Positions 19,580 through 28,694 are shown, numbered from the stretch's first letter. The stretch is 64,000 bases of DNA from a virus (IMGVR_UViG_3300006169_000009:32001-96000); one strand, 5' to 3'. Notes: generated by a model from the sequence alone, not told the origin. Program-made: numbers and translations.

Positions 19580-19588
19580 GGGTCTAGC

Positions 19589-21166
19589 CTACCGTCCGTA
19601 GAACGGAGAGGCGGAGACCTCCACAGCAGGCGTCTGGAACTCCTGTGCGATGATGCAGGCCATCGCCAGGCTGTCGGGGTAGTCATCATGCGCGTCAGTG
19701 GCTCGTGGGGCCTGAGCGAGGAAGTACGGGCCTTGGAAGTTGGTCTCCAGGTCGCTCATCTGGGTGATGAAGCGCTTGTAGGTCTTCAGCCGCCGGGTCT
19801 TGGCGTGCGCAGGCCACCCGATCTTGGTCCGGTTGATCAGTTCGGTGAGGTGCTTCCAGCGCAGCGACTGATCGGGCAGGCCACTGCCACAGGGGACGAT
19901 CTCCACGTGGGGCATGAGCGTGCGCAGCCGGTCGATGACCACATCTCCCAGGCCTCCCTCGTCCACCGCGATGGCGAACACCCAGTAGTTGGCCAGGAAC
20001 TCCACGATCCGGTGGTACTGGTTCTCCCAGTCTTGACCCGACAGGTCCAGCCAGTTTAGGATGCGGTGATGGTAGTACCCGAACTCGTCAGGGTGGTCCC
20101 AGTCGACCCACACCACGGTCACGATGGTGGAGTCGGTCTTGCGGGCCGGGTCGATGCCGACCACGACCGGCGAGAGGTTGAACGAGTGCAGGATCTCCAT
20201 CGACACATCGCCCAGTTCTTCCAGGCGCTCGGACGTGGTGAACATCCCCTTGTCCAGCAGCCAGTGCAGCCGGTACGACATGCGGAACTCGTCCGAGTCC
20301 TCTCCAAGGCGCAGCATCTCCTTGCGTACGAACTTCAGGTAGTTCTTGTTCCACTTCGCGACTTCCTTCCAGTCGGCCTCGAAGTGGGCCTCCCGGTGTC
20401 CGCGCTTGGTCGCCTGCCGCTTGTTGAACTTGATGGTCTTGTGGAAGACCCCCTTGGTGTAGCCGGGCGTCCCGATGAAGACCATGGTCGCGTTGGTGGA
20501 GGCACCCATGGGGCCGATGGACTTGTTGACCACTGTCTCATCAGCGTCCTGACACTCATCGATGAGCATGAGGTGGTAGGTACGCCCTTCGATCTTGGCT
20601 CGTGGGTGGCATGTCTGACGGCGGACCAGGCTGTGACTGTTGACCAGCACGATGGTCTGCTTTCCACGTCCCTTGGCCGCTCGGTCATCGATGTCTGGGT
20701 CCGCGAGCAGTTCCTGAGCCCGCTCAGAGGTAAGACGCTCCACGATTCGCCCGAAGATGATGTCGGTCTGGTCGTCGGTCGGGGCGAAGCAGCCGACCCA
20801 CATGCCCTCCTTGAACTTGTCCAGCAGGTTCGGGAAGACCTTGGCCAGCACCGGGAGCATGATCATGCAGGCCGCCACTACGTTCGCCACCGTTTCGGAC
20901 TTGCCGGACTGGCGACTGAACAGGGCGGTCAAGGTGGCCCCATCACCGAGGATAAGCGACTCAATCAGCGCTCGGGCGAATGGGCGCTGGTAGGGGTACA
21001 GCGGGTGCCCCGACAGTTCGTCGGTCACGTCGAGTAGGCGGTCGCAGATGAGGTCTACGGTCTCCTTGGAGATGTCATCGTAGAGATGCTCCTCGACTTC
21101 ACGCGCATGGCGTTCCTCGTCGGTCTCGTCGGTGTATTCCTCACCAACTTCGAGCACGTCGGACAT
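19589..21166 (-). CDS. Terminase large subunit
   Basis: LYPYQ; Walker A SRQSGKS; Walker B MLIDECQ; GTP coupling motif; nuclease motifs GIDPA and HDDYPDSLA. Confidence 0.95.
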   Translation of the reverse strand: MSDVLEVGEEYTDETDEERHAREVEEHLYDDISKETVDLICDRLLDVTDELSGHPLYPYQRPFARALIESLILGDGATLTALFSRQSGKSETVANVVAACMIMLPVLAKVFPNLLDKFKEGMWVGCFAPTDDQTDIIFGRIVERLTSERAQELLADPDIDDRAAKGRGKQTIVLVNSHSLVRRQTCHPRAKIEGRTYHLMLIDECQDADETVVNKSIGPMGASTNATMVFIGTPGYTKGVFHKTIKFNKRQATKRGHREAHFEADWKEVAKWNKNYLKFVRKEMLRLGEDSDEFRMSYRLHWLLDKGMFTTSERLEELGDVSMEILHSFNLSPVVVGIDPARKTDSTIVTVVWVDWDHPDEFGYYHHRILNWLDLSGQDWENQYHRIVEFLANYWVFAIAVDEGGLGDVVIDRLRTLMPHVEIVPCGSGLPDQSLRWKHLTELINRTKIGWPAHAKTRRLKTYKRFITQMSDLETNFQGPYFLAQAPRATDAHDDYPDSLAMACIIAQEFQTPAVEVSASPFYGR

Positions 21167-21255
21167 ATGGTACCCCGGTAGTAGGTTCTGCGAGTACTAC
21201 CAGGGTAAAGGCAAACCTCAGGCGGCTCGGATCTCCCGTGCGCTGAGGATCTGTG

Positions 21256-21471
21256 TCACGCGCTGCCTAGTGATCCCGAACACGCTCGCCAGGTCGGTCT
21301 TGGTGGGCTGAGCGTGCGCGTAGACCGTCTCCAGGACACTGTCGCGTTCCTCGTTCGCGCTGATGGGGTAGTCGTCTGCGCAGAGGTCAGTGCAGAAGGC
21401 TCTAAAGTCCATCGGCCCCCGGCACAACTTCTGCCCACAGCCTCGGCAGTGGACGTCGACCAAGGCTTCAC
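21256..21471 (-). CDS. Zn-binding HTH protein
   Basis: CRGC...FCTDLC plus DLASVFGITRQRVTQI. Confidence 0.65.
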   Translation of the reverse strand: MKPWSTSTAEAVGRSCAGGRWTLEPSALTSAQTTTPSARTRNATVSWRRSTRTLSPPRPTWRACSGSLGSA

Positions 21472-21767
21472 TCTCCAGTGTCGTTGTCAACAGGCACCTC
21501 CGTAGGTCCGGGGTTTGCGGGGGTCGCCTCGGGCTGAGGCGCAGCGGAGCCGGAGATGCTGAGCATCGCGATGGTGACTTCTTCGAGCGCGGAGGCCGGG
21601 ATGAGCACACCCCGCCCGTACTTCTCGATGGAGGGCACGTAGTCGCGGATCTCGGCGTAGTCGGCCCACGGGGTGTGGAGGATGGAGACGTGCAGGTCCA
21701 GGTCCGGGGCCTTGGCGACCTCGACCAGGATCTCTCTGCGTACGTCGTCGGTGGGGGCGTCTGTCAT
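21468..21767 (-). CDS. PC4/P15-like ssDNA-binding protein
   Basis: LHVSI...YAEIRDY.....GRGVLIP resembles the PC4 fold. Confidence 0.5.
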   Translation of the reverse strand: MTDAPTDDVRREILVEVAKAPDLDLHVSILHTPWADYAEIRDYVPSIEKYGRGVLIPASALEEVTIAMLSISGSAAPQPEATPANPGPTEVPVDNDTGE

Positions 21768-21799
21768 GAGGTCAACTCTCTCATGTGGAAGGGGCACTG

Positions 21800-22634
21800 T
21801 CAAGCCGGTTGCGGGCACTGGTGGGGACATCTGTGCGTGATGGGGACGTTTCGCTGCTGCACGTTGATGCAACCTCGGCTGGTCTCGGACGGATGGCACT
21901 TTCCGGTAGCACACCAGCCGCAGTTGGTGGAACCTACGGGTACGTCGTAGCCCAGTATCTCGTTCATGGGCTTGGGGAACGTCGGCTTGGGCTTGGTACG
22001 GCGCTTGACGTGGCGGGTCATACGTCCATTCTAGCCCGCAGAGCGTCCACCACGCCAGCCATACTGGAGATTCCTTGCGAGGCTTCGAGCAAAGACTCCG
22101 GCGAACGCTCCCGGCGGTAGTCGCTGAGAGCCTTCACGATGCCGTTTCCGCACTGATCGGCCCAGTCGAGGATCATGTCCTCCGGCATGCGCTGTACGCG
22201 CTTCCTGGCCCGGGCTCTGAGCGCGTCAGACCCCTCTGAGCGCTGGAACAGAGCCCGAATCACGACTTGTCCTTGTCCAGGCCGAGATAGGAGAGCACCA
22301 TCCACTCCTTCTCGGGGTCGTTGTCGGCGGCCTTGGCCACGTTGGCGCGAACCTGATCACGGATGTGAGGGTCTTCGAGGTCTACGTCGGGGCTGAGGTC
22401 GACGGTGAAGCCTGCCACGGACGCCAGTTCGGCCTCTTCGGCGCTCAGTTGCCTGTCGAACCAGAATCCCAGCACCAGGCCGTAGTTCGTGGGCCACAGA
22501 CGGACGATGACGCTGTACGGCGAGCGCCGGAACGGCGGATCCTGCTCGGTGGTCTCCGCGAAGTGGATGATCGGGGCGTTCTCCAGCCGGATGACGTGCC
22601 AGAACAGCCGCTTCAGGTCGTGGGTGATGGCCAT
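21800..22634 (-). other. Three hypothetical CDSs (21800..22021 Cys-rich, 22018..about 22263, 22260..22634)
   Basis: Coupled co-oriented ORFs. Confidence 0.6.
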
Positions 22635-22644
22635 GAGCGCGACC

Positions 22645-23124
22645 CTACCAGAGCCGGGCGTACGGGTAGAAGTTCAGCGTACGGTTGATGGCTCGACCGG
22701 GGCTCTTGACCCTCTTGAAGTTATTCCAAACCCGAGACGGGACGTTGTAATAGGCATACACGGCTCCGTCCCGGAATCGGACGAACAGAGTCTTCTGCGG
22801 AGCATAGTAGCCATACGCCTTGGTGCGTGGCCGGGGCGGGTTGATCGACGGAGAGGGCTGGTAGGGCATCAGCAGGGAGTCATCGCCGTCACGAGCCCGC
22901 TGCAGCGCCTCCCGGAGGTCGTCTGGCATCTGCCGTTCGGCCTCGGACTGGGCCGTCTTCTGCGAGGCGTAGTCGACTGCCCGTGAGGCAGTGGCTACGG
23001 GGGTAGTACGAACGCCCTCGCCCCCAGCGGCCTCCTTGACCTGCTCAGCGGCCTCGCGAGCGCTGCGTACGCGCCTTCTACCGGCCACTGTGTGCTCCCA
23101 TTGCAAGACCCCAGCCCATAGCAC
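22645..23124 (-). CDS. KTSC domain protein
   Basis: YGY....TLFVRFRDGAVYAYYNVP..VWNNF....SPGR; the start is probably the internal GTG (VAGRRR). Confidence 0.8.
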   Translation of the reverse strand: MLWAGVLQWEHTVAGRRRVRSAREAAEQVKEAAGGEGVRTTPVATASRAVDYASQKTAQSEAERQMPDDLREALQRARDGDDSLLMPYQPSPSINPPRPRTKAYGYYAPQKTLFVRFRDGAVYAYYNVPSRVWNNFKRVKSPGRAINRTLNFYPYARLW

Positions 23125-23162
23125 AATGCTACAGGCCGGGGCCTACTTCCGACAGGGGTGGA

Positions 23163-23723
23163 TCAGGCCTGCGGAGCGGGCTCGTCCTTGTCGTCCACGA
23201 CGGCGACCGGAACCTGAGCCAGGAAGAACGCCGGGTCGGTGACCCCGCCGTCCAGCATCCCGCTCAGAGTCGGCAGTTCCTCGGGGAGGACGTACTGGCC
23301 CGGCTCGGCCTCCACGCCCACCAGGGCGGGCTGCTGAGCGGTCCAGCCGACCGTCACGTCGTCGTAGTCGGCGCTGCGGTAGCGCGGCTTCAGGAGACCC
23401 GTGTCCTCGCCGGTCTCCTCCTTGGCCTTCTCGTCGCGCTCCTTCTGGAGGCTCTCGACCAGGGCGGCCTTCTCCTCCGGGGTCTGCCCGGCGGATCCGA
23501 AGACGGTGATCTCGCGCTGACCGCCCTCGCCCTCGGCAGGAGCCTCTTCAGCCTGCTCCTTGGCCTCGGCGTCGGTGGTCGACGTGGTCACACCGGAGTT
23601 CAGCGGCTGGGTCGAGGTCGCGGAGCCGTTGGTCTTGGCTTCGTCGGTCGTCCCCTTGGCTTCACCGGCCTTGGGATCGGTGGTCGCGGCGGACGTTGCC
23701 CCGCCATTAGTGTTCTCAGCCAT
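23163..23723 (-). CDS. Acidic low-complexity hypothetical protein
   Basis: Strong codon bias and an RBS. Confidence 0.7.
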   Translation of the reverse strand: MAENTNGGATSAATTDPKAGEAKGTTDEAKTNGSATSTQPLNSGVTTSTTDAEAKEQAEEAPAEGEGGQREITVFGSAGQTPEEKAALVESLQKERDEKAKEETGEDTGLLKPRYRSADYDDVTVGWTAQQPALVGVEAEPGQYVLPEELPTLSGMLDGGVTDPAFFLAQVPVAVVDDKDEPAPQA

Positions 23724-23866
23724 GGGGACTGATCCTTTCGCTCTGTGCTGTCCAGCCTACCGGATGGACTTCGCCAGTTTCATCCTGCTCACGCCCGTGC
23801 GGGCAGTTCGGCCCGTGCATTACGTACTGACCGCCCACCATGATGCACTTGGTTACGTACACCAGC

Positions 23867-24034
23867 CTACTTCCAGTGCTGAGGAACGCACTCATCGCAG
23901 AAGCGCAGCACCTCGTGCTTCACGCCGTCTGAGACGAACGTGGCGTCCCGATCCGGGTGGTTGGCGCACTTGCCCTTGTCCTCGGACTTCTCCTCGGCCT
24001 TGGGCTCGCTCTTGGCCTGCGGCTTCTGTGTCAT
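23867..24034 (-). CDS. 55-aa Zn-binding hypothetical protein (not in the ORF track)
   Basis: MTQKPQAK...CANHPDR...FCDECVPQHWK with GGAG upstream. Confidence 0.6.
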   Translation of the reverse strand: MTQKPQAKSEPKAEEKSEDKGKCANHPDRDATFVSDGVKHEVLRFCDECVPQHWK

Positions 24035-24043
24035 GGCTCCAGG

Positions 24044-24466
24044 TTAGCCCAGAGAGGGCGTACCGTGCAGAATCGGGTCCAGATGCGGGGGCCGGTAGTT
24101 CGGTCCCTTCAGGATCTTCCCGAAGTTGTCCCGCTGGATGATCCCCCGGCTGTCCACCTTGGACATATTGGACCGGTGGACCTCCTGGAAGACCCGCTGA
24201 CCAGGGATGTCGAAGAGGTCATCGACCGCGTAGGTGACGTACTTCAGGTCTGCGGACTCCTTGGCGATCTTGGACAGGTCTCCAGATCCGTTCTGGGCGT
24301 CCAGCAGTTCGTCCATGAGTTCATTGAACTCCTGGCGGAGCAGTTCCATGCGTAGCCGGATCAGTTGCTTGCGCTCGACTTCGTCGCAGTCGACCCACCG
24401 CTTGACGTTCCCAGCGACGTGAAACTCCCGCAGCGAGCCCAACGGGGCGTACTGGGCCTCAGACAT
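24044..24466 (-). CDS. MazG-like / PRA-PH nucleotide pyrophosphohydrolase
   Basis: LREFH..., EFNEL, KESADLKYV, EVHRSNMSK, GKILKGPNY. Confidence 0.9.
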   Translation of the reverse strand: MSEAQYAPLGSLREFHVAGNVKRWVDCDEVERKQLIRLRMELLRQEFNELMDELLDAQNGSGDLSKIAKESADLKYVTYAVDDLFDIPGQRVFQEVHRSNMSKVDSRGIIQRDNFGKILKGPNYRPPHLDPILHGTPSLG

Positions 24467-24671
24467 CGATGGTCTTCCCGTACTCCAGAGACTCCGGGTC
24501 CAGGTGGGCGTACCGACTACGGATGTAGGCGTCCCCGATCTCGATCTGGTCCTTGATGTTGACCAGCCGGGTGCCGTCGGGGAACAGACCCATGAGGCGC
24601 TCGTCCTTCCGCTCCTTGGCCTCTCCGGTGACTCCGGCGTGCTCGCTCCAGTGCGGTCCGTGCATGGACAC
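24459..24671 (-). CDS. Hypothetical protein
   Basis: Coupled ORF. Confidence 0.55.
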   Translation of the reverse strand: MSMHGPHWSEHAGVTGEAKERKDERLMGLFPDGTRLVNIKDQIEIGDAYIRSRYAHLDPESLEYGKTIDV

Positions 24672-24703
24672 TGTCCCTTCTCTCGTGCGCGTATGGGGGT
24701 AGT

Positions 24704-25528
24704 CTACCTACCGAGGTAGGCGCGGAACATCTCCAGTTCGCGGGTGCCCGGCCCCAGCGGCGAGGACTCGTCCCCGAACGTCTGGATCCGGCTGTTGTAG
24801 TAGGCCACCACGGTCAGGAAGTCCTCGTTGGCCTCGAACAGGTCCAACTTCTGCTGGAAGACCTCCGGCCCCTGGTCGCGCCCGAACTCGCCCAGACCTA
24901 CACTACGTACGCCGCGAGCGCTCAGGTAGTTCAGCATCCGCTGGATCTCGTGCGGCTCTCCGTAGTGGTCAGCGCCGAAGAACGGGCACGTCCGTACCAG
25001 CGAGGCTGAGACCCAGGAGTTGACAGCGCCCTTGGAGCCGTTGTACCAGTCGGCCCAGAGGTACCCGTTGAGGATCGGGGTGAACACGGTCCTGTTGGTG
25101 AACCCCATCAGCCGGTTGATCCGCAGGAAGGCCTTGTTGAAGTCGTCTGGGCGGACATCTCCGACCGGCTCGTGGAAGAAGGTGGTCAAGACGCGCCCGT
25201 TGTACTTCGCGTAGCGCCGCCCCTTGGCCTTGATCTGGGCGTCATGCTTCCCGGCCAGGATCGCGGCCACGCCGCCGGTCGGAGGCTTGAACGAGACCCA
25301 GGGAGTCCGACCAGCGGCCAGATCCTTCTTGATCTGCGCGTCTTCCTTGGCATCGTCGGCCCACTGGAAGTAGGTCCGGTTGAGGCCGACCGGCCCGGTA
25401 AGGTCTGTTGGCCCGTGAAGGCCCACGAGTGCGGTTGTCACTGCTGCTCCCGGTGGTTGTACGAGGTTGGGCACTACGATAGCGGCTGCTGCGACTCCAG
25501 CCGCCTTGAAGAGGTCTCGGCGGTCCAT
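24704..25528 (-). CDS. Tat-signal glycoside hydrolase (GH26-like, clan A)
   Basis: MDRRDLFKAAG twin-Arg signal; TFFHEP acid/base and LGEFG nucleophile motifs. Confidence 0.65.
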   Translation of the reverse strand: MDRRDLFKAAGVAAAAIVVPNLVQPPGAAVTTALVGLHGPTDLTGPVGLNRTYFQWADDAKEDAQIKKDLAAGRTPWVSFKPPTGGVAAILAGKHDAQIKAKGRRYAKYNGRVLTTFFHEPVGDVRPDDFNKAFLRINRLMGFTNRTVFTPILNGYLWADWYNGSKGAVNSWVSASLVRTCPFFGADHYGEPHEIQRMLNYLSARGVRSVGLGEFGRDQGPEVFQQKLDLFEANEDFLTVVAYYNSRIQTFGDESSPLGPGTRELEMFRAYLGR

Positions 25529-26733
25529 CAGTCGAGCCAGATCCGCGACTCGTAGGTCACGAACCCGACTTCAGGGTCGATGAAGTGCAGGCGCTGACTC
25601 GGCAGTGAGGTGCCTGCGACGAACTCTCTGGCGTACTCGTTGTCGGACTCGGTGGACCCGGCCATGTAGACCGATCCGCCGTTGGCCATGTTCAACGTCA
25701 TGTTTTGGTGGTAGTGGCCGATGTACATGTCCCGGAAAGGCTCGGTGACCCCGCTGGCCCAGGCGTTTGCCTTGCGGACGATGCCGTAGGCCGGGGTCTG
25801 GCCGCCGAAGGACTTGATCTCGTCACCGTGGACGGCGATGGCGTTGTAGTTGCCGACCGAGAAGTGCTGGTACCAGTCGTCGGAGACCTGGAAGTTCTTG
25901 ATTCGCTTCTCGTGGCGCAGCCGGTCCTTGACGATCTGGTAGATGATGCGGTCGACGTTGTCGGAGGGCTTGTAGTTGTCCGACTTCTTGCCGATTCGCC
26001 CGTGGTTGCCCCACTCACAGACCACATCGACGGTCTCGTAGGTCTCCAAAGCCTGCTTGATGACGTATTCCTCCAGCGCCACGGTCGCGAAGACCTGCTC
26101 GAAGAGAGTTGCGTCGACCTCCCACTCCTGACCGGGGAAGATGCAGGCTCCTTCGAGCATGTCACCGGTCAAGAGCACGATCCCGTGCCGTACGGGGTGG
26201 TCGGCGCGCATGATCTCGGTGATCTGCTGAGCCTTGGAGACGTACTGCTTGACCCGGCGCTCGCAGACGGCACTGTCGTAAGTCGACGTCACCTTGCCGT
26301 TCTGCCAGTCGGTCAGGTGCCACAGCGCGACTTCGGCGGTCTTGTTCTTACGACGGTCGGCCTTCGGCTTGGGAGCGACGACAGCCGCTGTCGCCTCGGC
26401 GGCGTCGTGGGAAGCGTCGTAGACGGCCTGGATCAACTTCGCGCCGCGCTGCTTGGACTCACTCAACTGCTTGAACAGGCGGGCATTGGCCTCTCGATAC
26501 GCGACGACCTGATCTTCGGGACTCAACGTCTCCTCGACGTCCTCGACGTCGCGAATGACGGGAGCCTCGGGCGCTTCCGTCGCACCGTTGGCCGGGAACC
26601 GGCCCCGGTACCGTCGCACGGACGCCTCAGAAGTACCCAGCCGGGTCGCCGCCTCGTAGTTGTTGACGCTTGCGTCGGCCAGAAGCGCCTTGACGTCATC
26701 GTCGCTCTCGGCGCGCTGGAAGATGTTGGGCAT
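25528..26733 (-). CDS. Calcineurin-like metallophosphoesterase / nuclease with N-terminal HTH
   Basis: HLTDWQ, GDMLEG, GNHGR, HGD and GHYH motifs. Confidence 0.85.
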   Translation of the reverse strand: MPNIFQRAESDDDVKALLADASVNNYEAATRLGTSEASVRRYRGRFPANGATEAPEAPVIRDVEDVEETLSPEDQVVAYREANARLFKQLSESKQRGAKLIQAVYDASHDAAEATAAVVAPKPKADRRKNKTAEVALWHLTDWQNGKVTSTYDSAVCERRVKQYVSKAQQITEIMRADHPVRHGIVLLTGDMLEGACIFPGQEWEVDATLFEQVFATVALEEYVIKQALETYETVDVVCEWGNHGRIGKKSDNYKPSDNVDRIIYQIVKDRLRHEKRIKNFQVSDDWYQHFSVGNYNAIAVHGDEIKSFGGQTPAYGIVRKANAWASGVTEPFRDMYIGHYHQNMTLNMANGGSVYMAGSTESDNEYAREFVAGTSLPSQRLHFIDPEVGFVTYESRIWLD

Positions 26734-26764
26734 CGTCTCTCCAGTCGTAGGTGTCAGGGCGACT

Positions 26765-26896
26765 CTATCTCGATGGGCGGACAGGCGCAACCCTAGAGTG
26801 GAACTCGATCTCGTGGAGGTACAGGTCGGTATAGCCCTGCGCGTCGTCCTCGACGTCCTCGGACCAGTCCTGTTGCGGGCACTCGAAGTGCTTCAC
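26765..26896 (-). CDS. 43-aa hypothetical protein (not in the ORF track)
   Basis: GTG KHFECPQQDW... with a GGAG RBS. Confidence 0.4.
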   Translation of the reverse strand: MKHFECPQQDWSEDVEDDAQGYTDLYLHEIEFHSRVAPVRPSR

Positions 26897-26930
26897 CCTT
26901 CAACCGTACTCCTAGTCCGATATAACTAGC

Positions 26931-26963
26931 AAGACCCCGCCCGGGTGGTTCCGGGACGGGGCC
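26931..26963 (-). terminator. Intrinsic terminator-like hairpin
   Basis: GGCCCCGTCCCGG-AACCA-CCCGGGCGGGGTC followed by TTGCT. Confidence 0.5.
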
Positions 26964-27091
26964 TCACTGTTCATTCTGTCAACTCAATAATCTCTACGTC
27001 CTGTGGTGCGGTATGGCCTAGACCATGAGTCTGCCCTCCTGGTTGACGACTCGGCGTCTTGTTACCAAGATAGAACCGCCAGGCCGGGCTG

Positions 27092-27340
27092 TCAACCCTC
27101 CTGGATGTACCCGCGTGCAGCACCGTCGATACGGGCCGCCGAGAGCGCGCAGGCGGTAGGGCCAGAGCCCCAGCCACGCTCCTGGGTGGTGACCTTGGAG
27201 CCAGCGCGCATGGCGTCGGAGAGGGTGTACTTGGTCAGCACGCCCATCTCGATCTCACCCAGTTCCGCCTTCAGGGCCTGGGTCGCCTCCGGCCAGATCT
27301 CCTCCGTGGTCTTGGGAGTCTGCTTCTCCGTGGTGCTCAT
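27092..27340 (-). CDS. Hypothetical protein
   Basis: MSTTEKQ... with a GAGG RBS. Confidence 0.65.
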   Translation of the reverse strand: MSTTEKQTPKTTEEIWPEATQALKAELGEIEMGVLTKYTLSDAMRAGSKVTTQERGWGSGPTACALSAARIDGAARGYIQEG

Positions 27341-28385
27341 CTGCTTCCTCACTTTCAGGGTTCTGGAACGACAGGTCACAGTCTAGCGTCTCCAGCCAGT
27401 CTGCGATAGCCTCTCGCGTCCACTTGTGGGTGTCGTTGAGATGCACGACTAGGTTGACGACGTAGTTGGTTCTGGGCATGGAACAGAACGTCTTTCCCTT
27501 GTTCTTGCGTACCGGACACTTTGCCTTGGCGGTCTTCAGCGCAGGGATGGCCTTGACCAGTGCCCCGGTCATCGGGTGGTCCTCGTCGGTGTAAGAGGCT
27601 CCGCTATTGGCGGTGTACGGCGTCAACTTCGCCTGGTCTGGCGTGATGGTCTTCTTGGGCTTGTACTCGCCCTTGTGGACCACCAGCGGGAGCGCGTGGT
27701 CGAGGTTCGGGATCTGGTTGGATACCGTGGTGGGGGTCAGCAGACCCTCGATGAGAAGGTCGACAGCGGCCTCAGCCTGATGCTGGGCCAGACCGTGCTC
27801 CATCACGAGCCAACCGATCAGTTCCTGGGGATCGGTGGTGCCTACATGGAAGTGGAACTTCTCCGGGTCCTCATCCACCGGCTCCTCCATCTCGATGTTC
27901 GGGCTGCAGTTGTCGTAGGCAGTGAACGTGCCCATCTGTCGAAGAACGTGGACCTGTTCAAGAGTGTCCTGGACAGCCTCCCAAGGCTTGCCGTCAGTCC
28001 AGTCGCACACGAATACGATCTTCGATCCTGGTCGAAGACCGCGCAGTCCTCTCGGGTGATAGACGAACTTCGCGTCCAGATTCGTGCGAAGGTTGCGAAC
28101 CTCACACCACAACTTGAAGCAGTTGTAGTTCATAGCCACGACGTAGTAAGGCTCGGGGGTGCGGAACAACTTCAGGCCCAGCAGGTTCTCCCACGTGTCG
28201 TGCTTGTGGGTGTTGGGCTTCATGTCGATGAGGACCTTCAGGCTGGCGTGCTGCGCAGGAGTCATGACGAAATCAACCGATCCACCAGTCTGGTGATTAG
28301 AGACAACCCCGCCGTACTTGTAGTCCTTGTATCCGACGGGCTTCCATGGCGAGGAGATCTGGTACAAACCATAAGACTGGGACAC
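27255..28385 (-). CDS. Hypothetical protein with a C-terminal HLND..WTRE.IADWL phage motif
   Basis: GTG start after GAGGAAG; the longer track start runs through the tmRNA-like gene. Confidence 0.65.
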   Translation of the reverse strand: MSQSYGLYQISSPWKPVGYKDYKYGGVVSNHQTGGSVDFVMTPAQHASLKVLIDMKPNTHKHDTWENLLGLKLFRTPEPYYVVAMNYNCFKLWCEVRNLRTNLDAKFVYHPRGLRGLRPGSKIVFVCDWTDGKPWEAVQDTLEQVHVLRQMGTFTAYDNCSPNIEMEEPVDEDPEKFHFHVGTTDPQELIGWLVMEHGLAQHQAEAAVDLLIEGLLTPTTVSNQIPNLDHALPLVVHKGEYKPKKTITPDQAKLTPYTANSGASYTDEDHPMTGALVKAIPALKTAKAKCPVRKNKGKTFCSMPRTNYVVNLVVHLNDTHKWTREAIADWLETLDCDLSFQNPESEEADEHHGEADSQDHGGDLAGGDPGPEGGTG

Positions 28386-28414
28386 TGCTTCCTCTCTCGT
28401 GCGCGTGGTGGGGT

Positions 28415-28431
28415 ACTCAACAGTGGAGCCA
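28415..28431. repeat. Trailer arm of the 17-bp inverted repeat bracketing the tRNA operon
   Basis: ACTCAACAGTGGAGCCA is the exact reverse complement of 31947..31963. Confidence 0.9.
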
Positions 28432-28432
28432 G

Positions 28433-28510
28433 TGGAGATGGCGGGACTCGAACCCGCGTCCGCCGTCAGTCCGCATGCGGTCTTCCGACGTCGAACTACC
28501 ATGCATCCCC
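28433..28510 (-). ncRNA. Mini-tmRNA (tRNA-like domain only)
   Basis: GGGGATG/CATCTCC-A acceptor with G3:U70; D-loop without a stem ending TTCGAC; P2 helix; GAC-GCGGG-TTCGAGT-CCCGC T-arm; no tag ORF. Confidence 0.75.
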
Positions 28511-28694
28511 AGGTGTGGGATTAGGACCGTGGCTTCCGGCCCGACACCCACGACGGAGAAAAGGAGTGTCCGTCACACCCCCGCCCATATAGCAGGACGG
28601 ATGCCCCTGCGTTTCGTCACGCTGATGCAGGGTTCGCGGCCAGTGATTATCGCTCACAGGATTCAAGCGCCTGGGAGCCACCCAGGAGTCTGTG

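Noticed and set aside
19589-21166. Intron or intein in terminase, portal or capsid
   Set aside because: The ORFs are uninterrupted and of normal length, with no intein splice motifs.
28511-28555. SRP (4.5S) RNA domain IV (GGCCGGAAGCC)
   Set aside because: Lacks the CAGG/AGCA symmetric loop and a properly closed GGAA tetraloop.
28433-28690. Circularly permuted two-piece tmRNA
   Set aside because: The 5' GGGG strand precedes the T-arm and acceptor 3' strand in the normal order, and no tag reading frame ending in Ala-Ala was found nearby.
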